From: a bacterium
GTDB taxonomy: Bacteria > Patescibacteriota > Minisyncoccia > Phycocordibacterales > UBA6899
Assembly: GCA_043744555.1 (NCBI GenBank)
Contig: JAYTUL010000042.1
Span: 5,854-69,853 of the forward strand
Direction of reading: 5' to 3'
Length of the DNA: 64,000 nt
In this document: positions 1-10,454 of the stretch, in pieces
How the letters are laid out: each line of letters opens with the position of its first letter
How positions within the stretch are numbered: the first letter of the stretch is position 1
The notes under the pieces: model-generated
Told to the model about the DNA's origin: nothing
The model's input: the letters and a program-made list of their open reading frames with translations, nothing else
The model's database searches: none
Program-made: the position numbers and the translations under genes

Positions 1-526
1 GACTCTTGAGACGCTCTCTTATCCGCTTTATTCTGACCGCAAGAGTGTTCGGCTTTATCTTTAACATATCAGATATCTCGATCAATGAAAGCTCCTCGAG
101 ATAAAATAACGTAAGTAAGTTACGGTCTTCGATCGAAAGAAATGCTAGTATGTGCTCAACATAGTCTTTTTCCTCGTAATGTCTCGATGGGTCGTATGGA
201 GAATGATATTCTTCGAGTGGAACAGTTGTGCTACGCACCTTTCGTCTCATGAGGTCAATCGCCTGGTTGTGTGCGATGCGATATATCCACGCTGAAAAAG
301 AAAGCCCAGAAGTGTAGGTCGCAAGGTTGATAAAGGCTTTCATAAACGTATTCGCCAAACACTCGTCTACATCGTCCTTGTCACCATTTAGGAGTCGATA
401 CAAATAACGTGAAAGCTTGGGATAGTAGCGGACAACAAGTTGCGAAAAATATTCCTTGTCTTTGTCGAGCGTAAGATCTATAAGTTCATTATCGGTCTGC
501 GTCGGCGTTACTTCGTTCATTGGCAT
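1..526 (-). CDS. ECF (sigma-70 group 4) RNA polymerase sigma factor, 3' end runs off the window
   Basis: Not in the ORF track. Manual translation MPMNEVTPTQTDNELIDL...FSAWIYRIAHNQAIDLMRR (region 2) and ...DRNLLTLFYLEELSLIEISDMLKIKPNTLAVRIKR (region 4.2). Confidence 0.9.
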   Translation of the reverse strand, partial: MPMNEVTPTQTDNELIDLTLDKDKEYFSQLVVRYYPKLSRYLYRLLNGDKDDVDECLANTFMKAFINLATYTSGLSFSAWIYRIAHNQAIDLMRRKVRSTTVPLEEYHSPYDPSRHYEEKDYVEHILAFLSIEDRNLLTLFYLEELSLIEISDMLKIKPNTLAVRIKRIRERLKS

Positions 527-579
527 ATGCTAACACACCCGCGTTAGAGCGGGTGTGTTGGGGGATTTTATTTGAAAAT

Positions 580-987
580 TTAATCGCTCGTTTCTTTATC
601 GTTTCCATCTTTTTCGCCCTCATGCATACCCTCTGCTTTGTCATGAGCTGCCTTTTGGGCGGGAGTGAGAGCTGCCTCCTCTGCATCATTCATCTCTGGT
701 TGATCTTTACTCTCTGATTTTTCGCTGACCTCATTTTTGTCGCCAGAATCTTTGTTACTGGCCTCACTCTCTTCTTTTGCCTTTATATCGGCTGGGGTCA
801 TGCTTTGTTCTGCAATCTTTTCTGCTCTATCGCTCTCTTCTGTCGGGGCGATAGCAGTTGTCCCAGTACTTGCGATCACGGGGGTATTCGTAGAACTATC
901 TGCTGCTGCATAGTGAGCGAATGTCATTCCTCCTCCTGCAATCAAACCAAGAGATACTAAAACAGCGTATAGAGCTTTCTGTGTCAT
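580..987 (-). CDS. Secreted acidic low-complexity protein upstream of the ECF sigma
   Basis: N-terminal signal-like hydrophobic stretch followed by an E/D/K/S-rich tail; co-oriented with the sigma gene. Confidence 0.7.
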   Translation of the reverse strand: MTQKALYAVLVSLGLIAGGGMTFAHYAAADSSTNTPVIASTGTTAIAPTEESDRAEKIAEQSMTPADIKAKEESEASNKDSGDKNEVSEKSESKDQPEMNDAEEAALTPAQKAAHDKAEGMHEGEKDGNDKETSD

Positions 988-1080
988 ATTTGATGAAATT
1001 TAAACGTAATAATATAGTACTCACAGAAGTTGATATACTTCACTTAAGCACTATAATTATTACGCCTCAAAAAACAAAAT

Positions 1081-2313
1081 ATGACAGACAGAGTTACCTT
1101 GCCATCTTTCTCATCGAAAACGATGCTTAATAAAGTTCCAGAAATTACACTGTATTTCTGGGTCATTAAAATCCTTTGCACTACAGTTGGAGAAACAGCA
1201 GCTGATTTTCTCAACGTTAATTTAAATGCTGGTCTCACTATTACTTCTATTGTCACAGGCGTACTGTTGGCGATTGCACTTTTCTTTCAATTCAGAGCAA
1301 GAAAATATATTCCAAGTGTTTACTGGCTTACTGTTGCATTAGTGAGTGTGTTTGGCACATTAGTGACCGATAATCTCACCGACAAAACTGGCTTGCCGCT
1401 ACAAGTGAGCACTCTCATCTTTGCAGCACTGCTTGGAATTACATTTCTAGCTTGGTATGTAAGTGAAAAGACCCTTTCAATTCACTCAATATTTACACGA
1501 AAGCGCGAGGCGTGGTATTGGCTCGCTATCCTTTTCACTTTTGCGCTCGGCACTGCATCAGGTGACCTGATGGCAGAAGGTCTGGGACTGGGGTATTTCA
1601 CTACAGGTCTCATTGTCGCCGGAGTCATTGCGACTACAGTGTTAGCCTGGAGATTCAAGATGAATTCCGTCTTGTCATTCTGGATAATCTATATTCTCAC
1701 GCGTCCGCTCGGTGCTTCAATTGGTGACTTTCTTTCACAGCCTACTAACCACGGCGGACTCGGGCTCGGAGCACCTATGACGAGCCTCCTGTTTCTTTTG
1801 GCGATTTCAGGAACCGTTGCCTATCTTTCTCTGACCAAGCGGGATGTGATAGCTGCTGCGGCAACGGAACGTACAGACGAGTCAAAAGAAAAAGGCGGAC
1901 TCTGGCAGACTGCTCTCGTTGTCGCGTTGTTTAGCATTATTGGGGTAACGGGTTACCAAATACGTCATGCGGCGCTCCTCACCGATAACTCGAGTTCGAC
2001 ATCTACTAGTAGTTCAAGTGTGACTACGAACACTGGAGTGTCGCTGCTTGGTGATCTCTCCACATTCAAGATAATTACACAAGACACACTTGCTAAGCTT
2101 AATGCGAGCGATCAATCAGGTGCAACGACTCGAATTAGTGATCTCGAATATGCATGGGATCAGGCGGCATCTCGACTCAAAGCCAAAAATGGTACTGAGT
2201 GGACAAAGATAGACAAGAAGATTGATACGGTCTTACGAGAGTTGAGATCTACAAGTCCGAATCTTTCGACTGAAAAGTCGGCCCTCGATGCCTTGCTTGT
2301 GGTGCTCAATTAA
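1081..2313 (+). CDS. COG4705/DUF347-repeat membrane protein with an extra C-terminal soluble helical domain
   Basis: NKVPEITLYFWVIKILCTTVGETAADFL, YWLAILFTFALGTA and YILTRPLGASIGD motifs typical of DUF347 proteins. Confidence 0.85.
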   Translation: MTDRVTLPSFSSKTMLNKVPEITLYFWVIKILCTTVGETAADFLNVNLNAGLTITSIVTGVLLAIALFFQFRARKYIPSVYWLTVALVSVFGTLVTDNLTDKTGLPLQVSTLIFAALLGITFLAWYVSEKTLSIHSIFTRKREAWYWLAILFTFALGTASGDLMAEGLGLGYFTTGLIVAGVIATTVLAWRFKMNSVLSFWIIYILTRPLGASIGDFLSQPTNHGGLGLGAPMTSLLFLLAISGTVAYLSLTKRDVIAAAATERTDESKEKGGLWQTALVVALFSIIGVTGYQIRHAALLTDNSSSTSTSSSSVTTNTGVSLLGDLSTFKIITQDTLAKLNASDQSGATTRISDLEYAWDQAASRLKAKNGTEWTKIDKKIDTVLRELRSTSPNLSTEKSALDALLVVLN

Positions 2314-2379
2314 GAAGTGTTCAGTAGCGTAAGTCTTGCAACATTTAAAAAAAAGAAACCCACAATTAGTTTATTTTTC

Positions 2380-2805
2380 TCAGCCCCTTTTTTCAAGTAG
2401 TGCGATGATCTTATTGAGCTTAGTTAAATCAATCTCTGAAAGATGTCTCTGTAATTCTTCGATCTCCTCTTTTGCCTTAATGTTCGTTTCGTAATCTTCA
2501 AGCGCTTGATGGCGGTCCCGCTCTGACTGGCGGTTCTGGCTCATCATGATGATCGGAGCCGCATATGCTGCTTGCGTAGAAAAAAGAAGATTCAAAAGAA
2601 TAAATGGGTATGGATCCCAATGAGAAACGAATGCAACAATATTCAATATCATCCACAGAAAAACAATTATTGATTGCCAGATAATGAACTTCCATGAGCC
2701 CATTACTTTTGCTACTTTATCTGAGAGACGTTCTCCTGCCGTGGATGTCTCTTTGTGCTTTTGATGCCAAGTCTTACTATGATGACCTTTCTCATTCGTA
2801 TGCAT
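2380..2805 (-). CDS. DUF1003 membrane protein
   Basis: GSWKFI...DPYPFILLNLLFSTQAAYAAPIIMMSQNRQ signature. Confidence 0.9.
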   Translation of the reverse strand: MHTNEKGHHSKTWHQKHKETSTAGERLSDKVAKVMGSWKFIIWQSIIVFLWMILNIVAFVSHWDPYPFILLNLLFSTQAAYAAPIIMMSQNRQSERDRHQALEDYETNIKAKEEIEELQRHLSEIDLTKLNKIIALLEKRG

Positions 2806-2823
2806 ATATGTATTTAGTAAATT

Positions 2824-3197
2824 TTAGAGCTTGAGCTCATTTGTAACAATATCGACAAGCTTATTCGGTGGTGTGTTTGATTTAATGAGATACATGAGCG
2901 CGCCACCCGCAAGCGCTTTCTCGATGCCCGCTTTATCAACAATATTTGAAAAAATGAGTATCGGTATTTTTGCTGTTTCAGGAGCGTTCTTTAGTTTTTC
3001 AAGCACCTCAAGCCCTGACATATCCGGAAGCATGAGATAAGGAGTATGAGGTCGGGCTTATCTGAGAATAAGGCCGATATACCCGCACCCTCAATTCCCT
3101 CACGAGTCGCGAGGATATTTGCATGTATAAATTTTTCGATGATGAGGTTGATCAAAAAAAGTATCATCCTCGATGCAAAGCATTTTTTTAGCTTCAT
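2824..3197 (-). pseudogene. Frameshifted single-domain response regulator (receiver domain)
   Basis: Three frame segments: KKMLCIEDDTF / INLIIEKF...KPDLILL / LMLPDMSGLEVLEKLK...IPILIFSN...YLIKS. One shift lies in the poly-T run near 3153-3160; the other removes the G of the phospho-acceptor Asp codon near 3047. Confidence 0.75.
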
Positions 3198-3380
3198 TTA
3201 GCACCTTTTCAGTGTAGCGCGCTCTTCCTGCTTTAGAAAGTTACTTTGGGGAAAGTACAAGATAAATAGGGAGTATGTAATTATCTTTTCCTGCGAGTAA
3301 TGATAAACAATATTTAATAAAAAGTTACTGAACATGGCTGTGTGTTGATTGTTCGGGTTATACTTGAAGAAACAAACAGC

Positions 3381-4496
3381 ATGTATTCATATCACATTAA
3401 ATGGAGCGGTATATTGAGTTTTGGGTTCGTTATTTTCGCGGGGTATTTTTTGCAATCAACTTTTGCGTCAGCAAGTGTGCTCGCGGGAGTCTCAAGCGAT
3501 GTGAACATCGGAAGTGGTACACATATCACCCGCACCCTCCACTATGGCATGCGAGGAGGTGACGTAAAAAACCTGCAGGTGGACTTGAGCGAACTTATCT
3601 CGTTATATCCAAGCGGTAAAGTGACAGGTTTCTTTGGTCCCGCAACTGCGGCTGCGGTTAGTCGTTTACAAAAACAAGAAAAGGCAAATTTAGAGAGTGC
3701 TTCAAGTGCAACAAAAAGCACAACAAAACTCGGAACTGTAGATACGCAGACTGCGAATTTGATCCGCCTCCGAGTCACACAAAAAAAATGTCCGCTCGAT
3801 ATGCGTTCGCGACAAAAGTGCCTTGAAGAAAATTATACACATTATGCAAATAGCCAAGGGGTTGATATTGCGCTCCGCCTTCTTAGTCTTGAGGTGAATG
3901 AGGAGCCGCAATTTGAGGGAATGTGCCACTCGGTGATGCACCTAATCGCACACGCTGCGGTTCATGAATTTAAAAATTTCGGAGTTGCAATGAATCACGG
4001 AACAACACTATGCCAGAATGGCTATTATCATGGTGTCATCGAAGAATATCTCCGCAATGAGAATGTTGATGCGCTTTCAGGGGATGATCTGCGCAATTTT
4101 TGCCCTACGTCGTTTAAGGCTACGTCCTCTCCTACTGACACCCTTAATTGCATACACGGCATAGGGCATGCGCTCATGTATATGACCCGCAATGACCTGC
4201 CCAAGTCGCTTGTTCGCTGTGGAGATTTTTTGGATGACCATATGCGTAGTCAGTGTCTGACGGGAGCATTCATGCAAGAAGGCTTCATGGCGACCAGTTC
4301 AAAACAAAGCGTAATAGATAAGGATGTGCAAGGGTGTTCGCAAAGCCAACATCAAGATGAGTGCTTTATCGCTCTGTCTGCGAAAGCGATGCACGACAAT
4401 GGTGCAAGCGCAAAGATCGTAGAGCGCTTTTGTGACACACTTATCGACATCAACACTCAGCGAGTGTGTAAGAATGCAGTTATAAACACAAACTAA
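3381..4496 (+). CDS. Secreted protein with a peptidoglycan-binding domain and a Cys/His-repeat domain
   Basis: TLHYGMRGGDVKNLQ...TGFFGPATAAAVSRLQ (PG_binding_1-like); CHSVMHLIAH, CQNGYYHG, CIHGIGHALM. The ORF track start 3342 is an upstream alternative. Confidence 0.8.
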   Translation: MYSYHIKWSGILSFGFVIFAGYFLQSTFASASVLAGVSSDVNIGSGTHITRTLHYGMRGGDVKNLQVDLSELISLYPSGKVTGFFGPATAAAVSRLQKQEKANLESASSATKSTTKLGTVDTQTANLIRLRVTQKKCPLDMRSRQKCLEENYTHYANSQGVDIALRLLSLEVNEEPQFEGMCHSVMHLIAHAAVHEFKNFGVAMNHGTTLCQNGYYHGVIEEYLRNENVDALSGDDLRNFCPTSFKATSSPTDTLNCIHGIGHALMYMTRNDLPKSLVRCGDFLDDHMRSQCLTGAFMQEGFMATSSKQSVIDKDVQGCSQSQHQDECFIALSAKAMHDNGASAKIVERFCDTLIDINTQRVCKNAVINTN

Positions 4497-4547
4497 ATCT
4501 CATAGTTTGAGTCATGCCGAGAGAGCCTTCATCAATTGACTTTTTTC

Positions 4548-4818
4548 GACTAACTAAGCTAGAGCCGGCGCGGCTATCGTGGCAAGGATTCGCAGCAGAA
4601 GTCGGCATTTCGACATGATCTTCGTTGCGTCACAGTACGGTATTCCACTTTCAGCAACCCACACTATCACTAGCAGGATAACCGGCTCGGCAGCTTCGCT
4701 TAACGCCAAGTGGGTAAATTGTGGAGTGGTGCGTAACATCGTGCTTGCGTGGATCCTCACGTTTTCTGTGTGCACGCTCATTGCGTTCCTTGTTTGCAGC
4801 GATATTCGCATGTTCTAG
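4548..4818 (+). pseudogene. C-terminal remnant of a PiT-family inorganic phosphate transporter
   Basis: Fragments LTKLEP / QGFAAEVG / VASQYGIPLSATHTITSRITG...GVVRNIVLAWILT resemble the PHO4 C-terminal signature (GIPVSTTH, RWGVARNIVxAWILT). No N-terminal part is present. Confidence 0.7.
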
Positions 4819-4884
4819 CCCACGCCTCTTTGGCGCATTTTTTTAAAAATAAATTCGTGATGTGTGATATGATTTTTCCATAAA

Positions 4885-5754
4885 GTGAAAAAGAAATACT
4901 ATTGGATAGTAGGTTGTGTGATACTTTGCTTCGTTGTATATGTGGAGCAAAGCTCAGCGCTCTTTCGCGCACCACTAGAGCGTATCGATAATACTGAAGA
5001 TGCATTCGTCGATAATATACTACTTGATCTGGGTAAGTTAAGTGATGAGCGGGTCTCACCAAAAGTATTTTTTCTTGATGTACCCATCCTCACCTATCAC
5101 CAAGTCCGCCCAATAACGGAAGTCGACGATGAGCGATACAGAAGGTTTATTACGACCCCTCTGGAGTTTGAGCGACAAATGCAGTTTATCAAAGAAGAGG
5201 GATACAACGTTATCCCACTTTCAGATGTAGTCGCGCATCTCAAAAGTAGTAAGCCACTAGAAGGGAAAAATATTGCGATCACCTTCGATGACGGATACAA
5301 AAGTCAACACACTTTTGCATTTCCGATTCTACAAAAGTTCGGCTATACAGGAACGTTTTTTATTTATACCAATGCGATCGACAAGCTGAGTGCGTCTATG
5401 ACGTGGGATGAGATCATTGATCTCGATAGTCATGGCATGAGCATCGGAGCGCATACACGAAGTCATGCAATGCTTACCACCATCAGCGATAAAAGTATAT
5501 TGCACGATGAGATCGAGGGCAGCAAAGAAGATATACAGGCACATCTAAAAAAAAATATCGATCTTTTTGCTTACCCCTTTGGAGCGCAGGATGAGTTAAT
5601 TAAAACTGAGGTAGAGCAGGCAGGTTTTACTGGAGCAGTCAGCGTAAACATGGGTCACTTACAAACTAAGACAATACGCTACGCGCTCAAACGTTATAAT
5701 GTAAACGATAATGATGTTGAATTCCGTGCGCTTCTCGTGGCAAATAAAAAATGA
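4885..5754 (+). CDS. Polysaccharide deacetylase (CE4/NodB), membrane anchored
   Basis: PILTYHQV, ITFDDGY, GAHTRSH, FAYPFG motifs. Confidence 0.92.
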   Translation: MKKKYYWIVGCVILCFVVYVEQSSALFRAPLERIDNTEDAFVDNILLDLGKLSDERVSPKVFFLDVPILTYHQVRPITEVDDERYRRFITTPLEFERQMQFIKEEGYNVIPLSDVVAHLKSSKPLEGKNIAITFDDGYKSQHTFAFPILQKFGYTGTFFIYTNAIDKLSASMTWDEIIDLDSHGMSIGAHTRSHAMLTTISDKSILHDEIEGSKEDIQAHLKKNIDLFAYPFGAQDELIKTEVEQAGFTGAVSVNMGHLQTKTIRYALKRYNVNDNDVEFRALLVANKK

Positions 5755-6472
5755 TCAAAATAAACCCCTCATGTGAGGGGTAAGGGTCTGAATCGTAGCT
5801 ACATCACTGCTTGCAGTCGAAACAATAAAGAAGTACGGACTACTGTCGAAAAATAATCTCCTCGACACACAGACACTATTCGCGCGTTGGGTGAAGGCAT
5901 TCACCCACGATAACCAAGCACAGAGGAAAGTTGCGCATAGAAAGATCGCAAGAGTTATCGCATAGATAACAGAGGTCAAGGGTGTCGGCGCTTACGATAA
6001 GGTCAGATGCGCGCTACTGCACACTTTCAATTAGAAAATTACAGGCACCGAAACTGCTCATCAGTATCGGCACTTTAAGGACTGAAAGACTGCCGCCACG
6101 GCACAAAAGGTAAAAGATAGATGAACCAAACTAGGGCAGCTGAGCTAGTTTTCTTTGTTTTTACCTAACATTTACCTCCTATTTTTTAAAATGAAATATT
6201 TCGCCGTGTTGGGTGTAATAATAAATAAGGAATATGTGAGAATATTTCCTTGCCAAAGCTTACCCGTTAACTGTATCGTCTATACAAAATAGAAAATATA
6301 ATTCCTCTCGATTTTTTTAATGAGAACGAGTAGGAAGTTGACTATTAGAGTGGCTCTGTAGGGTGCATGCGAATCGGCTCAAATGTGACCGAGACGATGA
6401 TTGTTATGGCCAAGAACTCGGGGCATACCTCCTGTATCTGAAGTTAGTAAAACGTGGATAATATAAAACCAA

Positions 6473-6514
6473 ACTGACGCAAAAGCTCTCCTCATGGAGG
6501 GTTTTTGCGTCAGT
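6473..6514. terminator. Stem-loop, probable intrinsic terminator
   Basis: ACTGACGCAAAAGCTCTCC-tcat-GGAGGGTTTTTGCGTCAGT inverted repeat. Confidence 0.55.
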
Positions 6515-6551
6515 GGGATAAATTCACGTGCTTGCTGTACTATTCTTTAAT

Positions 6552-7133
6552 ATGGACACTATAAGCGAAGAGGCGACAGATGAAGAGCTGGCGATACGGG
6601 TCCAAGCTGGCGACAAAGCAGCATTTGCTTCCATCATGGAGCGGTTTGAGGGTAAGTTGTTGCGCTACGGAAATAAATTCCTTGCTGAACGCGAAGACGT
6701 TGTCGATATAGTACAGGAAGTTTTCATAAGCGTGTACCAGAATATAAAAAGTTTTGATGTGTCACAAAAGTTTTCTCCGTGGATCTACCGTATCGCGCAC
6801 AACGCATTTGTAAATGGTCTCAAAAAGAAGAGCCGCAACCCCTTCGTGATGCTTGATTTTGACGCATTGCTCTCTCACACGGTAAGTGAGGACCCGCTTC
6901 GAGGTGAACGCGAGCAGGAAGAGGTGCACAAAATGATCGATGTGGGATTAGATCAAATATCGGCCAAGTACAAAGAGATCCTTATCTTGTATTATTTAGA
7001 GGAGTTGCCATACAAGGAGATTGCCGACATTCTCGAGGTGCCCACCGGTACAGTCGGCATCCGCATAAAGCGCGCAAAAGAGGCACTCAAAAAAGTTTAC
7101 GAAAAAATGCAATTCCAATATGGCGAAACATAA
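6552..7133 (+). CDS. ECF RNA polymerase sigma factor (SigW-like)
   Basis: DIVQEVF, FSPWIYRIAHN, LPYKEIADILEVPTGTVGIRIKRAK. Confidence 0.92.
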   Translation: MDTISEEATDEELAIRVQAGDKAAFASIMERFEGKLLRYGNKFLAEREDVVDIVQEVFISVYQNIKSFDVSQKFSPWIYRIAHNAFVNGLKKKSRNPFVMLDFDALLSHTVSEDPLRGEREQEEVHKMIDVGLDQISAKYKEILILYYLEELPYKEIADILEVPTGTVGIRIKRAKEALKKVYEKMQFQYGET

Positions 7134-7851
7134 AAACCCCCCACAAATAAATATCAAGGAAAAAGTGTTTGAAAAAATAAGCGCGAACGAATTGACCATG
7201 CGCCCCAAGAGCTACTTCATTCTCAAAGCAGCAGCGCTTATCACCTTGGGAATTGCGGTACTTACGATCTCGGTGTTCGTCTGCGATTACATACTATTAA
7301 GTCTACGCATTAATGGCCACTACTCACTGCTTAGTTTTGGCTCAAGGGGTATGTGGATGTTCTTTACCTTCATTCCATGGGGCCTGCTTTTCTTTGATGG
7401 GATCTTGGTTTTCTTGCTTGAGCGTTTGCTTCGACAATTTCGTTTTGGCTATCGTACACCCGTACTTTTGCTCTTTATGGCACTGCTTATCATCACATTA
7501 TCTATTGGATTTTTTATTGACCGCGGCACTGACCTTAATGAACAGCTCCTCGCGCCCGCCCGTCACCATCAGCTCATCGCAACATTTGACGAATATTATA
7601 ATCTCGCAGGCCCCCCATCTTTAGGAGAGGGAATATGTCGCTGTGTCGTCACTGGAATAAATAATAATTCGATAAGTGCATTCGACGAGAGCCTTGGTAC
7701 GACAACCGTCTTTACAATCACCATCCCACTCAATAAATATGCAACAGGAACTCTAAAAGTCGGAGATGTCGTCTATGTTGCAGGCGATAAAGATGAGCGC
7801 GGCTTCCGCGCTTTCGGAGTACAAAAACTCGACGTAAGGGCTCGGAAGTGA
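7120..7851 (+). CDS. Multi-TM membrane protein, putative anti-sigma partner
   Basis: Overlaps the sigma stop; three hydrophobic segments plus an OB-fold-like C-terminus (LKVGDVVYVAG). Confidence 0.65.
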   Translation: MAKHKNPPQINIKEKVFEKISANELTMRPKSYFILKAAALITLGIAVLTISVFVCDYILLSLRINGHYSLLSFGSRGMWMFFTFIPWGLLFFDGILVFLLERLLRQFRFGYRTPVLLLFMALLIITLSIGFFIDRGTDLNEQLLAPARHHQLIATFDEYYNLAGPPSLGEGICRCVVTGINNNSISAFDESLGTTTVFTITIPLNKYATGTLKVGDVVYVAGDKDERGFRAFGVQKLDVRARK

Positions 7852-7863
7852 CGAGAAAGAGCC

Positions 7864-8424
7864 CTACGTCTTTTTCAATCTCTTCACCTCGCGCAGTAAC
7901 TCTTCTATGGTCTTTTCGAGTCGTGCGATCTGGCTTTCTTCAGCTGCTTCTTCGGTGTGATCTTTCTCAAATTCGTCATTCAAATCCTCAACATTCTCTT
8001 TGATGACCTCCATGTAGCCTTGAATGTCGTCGACATCCTCACCGATCTCTTTCGCCTCTTCCTGAATGCTTCCAACGTCTTCTTGAATATCATCAATATC
8101 CTTTGATATCTCCTCGACATCTTCCTGAATGTCATCTACATCCACACTGACCTCCTCGAGCTGGCGCGCTTGCCTGTTGACCGTGAGCTGAATAAAGATG
8201 GAGAGATAGATAGCTTCAAGCGAGACAGCGGTCGTAAGTATAAGCATGACCTTCTCAAAGGGCACCCCCAACCACACGAGCCCAAATATGGCGATGAAAA
8301 ATATCGAATGTAATACCAAGGAGAGCGTAGAGCCGATATATCGAGTTGCTCCGACTGCAAAACGATCAAGTGCTGATTCTATGTAGGGGGTTTTTTCATG
8401 CAGGGGGTCTCTCATTAAATGCAT
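7864..8424 (-). CDS. DUF1003-like membrane protein with an acidic heptad coiled coil
   Basis: LTTAVSLEAIYLSIFIQLTVNRQ followed by repeated DVDDIQE-type heptads. Confidence 0.8.
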   Translation of the reverse strand: MHLMRDPLHEKTPYIESALDRFAVGATRYIGSTLSLVLHSIFFIAIFGLVWLGVPFEKVMLILTTAVSLEAIYLSIFIQLTVNRQARQLEEVSVDVDDIQEDVEEISKDIDDIQEDVGSIQEEAKEIGEDVDDIQGYMEVIKENVEDLNDEFEKDHTEEAAEESQIARLEKTIEELLREVKRLKKT

Positions 8425-8579
8425 AATAATATTTTATGCACCTTCCGTCGAGAAGATCTTCGGCGCATAACAAAAAAGTGAGTGAAAAAATGAAGCAAAT
8501 AAAGGCTTAAAAAAATAGTCACAACTCAGCCTTATCCATGTTATTATTGGTACAGGTTATTAATAATTTATATTTACCT

Positions 8580-9116
8580 ATGAATAAGTTCTCAAAATTC
8601 GCGGTTGTTCCAGCATTATTCCTTGCGATGGCAGCACCAGCATTTGCAACCACTACTCCAGTTGCGGGTGGCACAACAACAACCACCTCGACAACGACAT
8701 CCGCACATCGCGCATGTGTCCAGTCTGCAAACACTACTCGCGATGCTGCATTTGCCTCTGCGAAGAAGTCATACGAGACTGCTGTTGCCGCAGCTAAGAC
8801 CACTCGCGATAGCGCTGCCCTTGCTTCCAAGGCAAAGTTCGCAAAAGCAAAGACTGATGCAAAGACTGCACGCGATGCTTCTATCGCACTAGTTGCTTCA
8901 AGCACTGACAAGGTCGCCAAGAAAGCAGCCATGAAATCTGCAGAAGAAACATTTGAGGCCGCAATGTCTGCCGCAAGCACAGATCTTCGCGATGCCAAGA
9001 AGGCTGCTCGTGACGCATACAAGGCTTCTGTGAAGACTGCAAAGTCTGACAAAACTACCGCCCGTGATGCTGCACGCACTGCCCACAAGGCCGCAGTTGA
9101 AGCTTGTGCTAAGTAG
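8580..9116 (+). CDS. Secreted Ala/Lys-rich helical protein
   Basis: Signal peptide ending AAPAFA, Thr-rich linker, repeated AKTARDA-like units; terminator downstream. Confidence 0.8.
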   Translation: MNKFSKFAVVPALFLAMAAPAFATTTPVAGGTTTTTSTTTSAHRACVQSANTTRDAAFASAKKSYETAVAAAKTTRDSAALASKAKFAKAKTDAKTARDASIALVASSTDKVAKKAAMKSAEETFEAAMSAASTDLRDAKKAARDAYKASVKTAKSDKTTARDAARTAHKAAVEACAK

Positions 9117-9156
9117 TTCGCAGTAGTCCATACGGAATACCGCACAAAGATGGATA

Positions 9157-9188
9157 AACAAAAAGCCGCACTCGCGGCTTTTTGTTTT
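9157..9188 (+). terminator. Intrinsic terminator
   Basis: ACAAAAAGCCGC-actc-GCGGCTTTTTGTTTT. Confidence 0.75.
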
Positions 9189-9350
9189 ATCATAAAACTG
9201 CATATTGTAGGATATTAAACAAAGCGCAGAAAGAGTCCCGACATATGACCCACCTTCCTGTATTCTTCTACAGAAGCACATCGCAATAGCACTTCTGATG
9301 AACGCCATAATTCGTAAATATATAAGAGAAAATGTTAAGCTAAGTGAATT

Positions 9351-10454
9351 ATGCAAGAGTCGCTTCGGAAATTAACACATTTGCCCAAATATCGGCTTAT
9401 GGGGGGGGCAGTGGCGCTTCTTTTCCTCGCAGTTATTCTCTTGGGAGTATTACCTGCAAGTGGACAAAGTTTGAGCTATCGCCAAGGAGATTCATCTGCA
9501 AGCACATCTCTAGCATTGACTCATGAGACCTCAAGCATTGTCGTTCCTGAAATATTCCCCCTCCCGCTTGATGTTGCCGCCTATGATAGAAAAATGCTTG
9601 AACTTGCACAGGGGACCACAACCTTGCACTGGCCCCCAAAAGTAACACGCCCGAACGGCGGTGCAATTCTGCCGTTCAAACGAATCATTGCGTACTATGG
9701 CAATCTTTATTCGAAGCAAATGGGGGTGCTCGGGCAGTACCCCGAAGCTGAGATGCTTTCGCGACTCCAATCCGAAGTGAATCGCTGGAAACAGGCTGAT
9801 CCAGAAACTCCAACCATCCCCGCGCTCCACTATATCGTCACCACCGCGCAGCAGGATCCTACCTGGGACGGAAAATATCGCTTGCGCATGCCGCCTTCGG
9901 AGATAGACAAAGTTATTGCCATGGCAGAGAAGTCGCATGCGCTCGTGTTCCTTGATGTTCAAGTAGCTAAAAGCACACTACAGGAAGAGCTGCCACTCTT
10001 AGAAAATTATCTTAAACTTCCGCAAGTGCATCTCGGCATAGACCCCGAGTTCTCCATGAAGACCGGAGCTAATCCAGGGCGTATCATCGGCACCATGGAT
10101 GCATCGGATATTAACTACGCAGCAAGCTACCTCGCGCGCGTGGTGAAAAAATATCACCTGCCACCAAAGATACTCGTTGTCCACCGCTTCACCATGGATA
10201 TGGTCACGAGCTACAAGAAGATAAACCCACTCCCAGAGGTGCAGATAGTCATGGACATGGATGGATGGGGACCTCGCGCCCAAAAACTCGACACGTATAA
10301 ACAGGTCGTGACCAATCAACCCGTACAATTTTCAGGTTTTAAATTGTTCTATAAAAATGATCTCCGCGGCAGCAAAAGCGCGAGTACGACGATTATGAGC
10401 CCAAGCGAAGTCCTCAAACTTCGGCCAAAGCCCTCGTATATTCAGTACCAATAG
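9351..10454 (+). CDS. Conserved secreted/membrane-anchored protein, possibly a glycoside-hydrolase-like barrel
   Basis: N-terminal TM segment; IIAYYGN, LDVQ, HLGIDPEF, DMDGWG and GFKLFYKND blocks. Function is inferred only. Confidence 0.7.
   Translation: MQESLRKLTHLPKYRLMGGAVALLFLAVILLGVLPASGQSLSYRQGDSSASTSLALTHETSSIVVPEIFPLPLDVAAYDRKMLELAQGTTTLHWPPKVTRPNGGAILPFKRIIAYYGNLYSKQMGVLGQYPEAEMLSRLQSEVNRWKQADPETPTIPALHYIVTTAQQDPTWDGKYRLRMPPSEIDKVIAMAEKSHALVFLDVQVAKSTLQEELPLLENYLKLPQVHLGIDPEFSMKTGANPGRIIGTMDASDINYAASYLARVVKKYHLPPKILVVHRFTMDMVTSYKKINPLPEVQIVMDMDGWGPRAQKLDTYKQVVTNQPVQFSGFKLFYKNDLRGSKSASTTIMSPSEVLKLRPKPSYIQYQ

Noticed and set aside
6040-6075. Hammerhead ribozyme (CTGATGA on the minus strand)
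   Set aside because: No correctly placed stem II-GAAA or cleavage triplet; only a simple hairpin.
8519-9193. 224-aa antisense ORF, and similar long antisense ORFs over clpB, ileS and the RnfD fusion
   Set aside because: Mirror frames of well-supported genes caused by codon bias.
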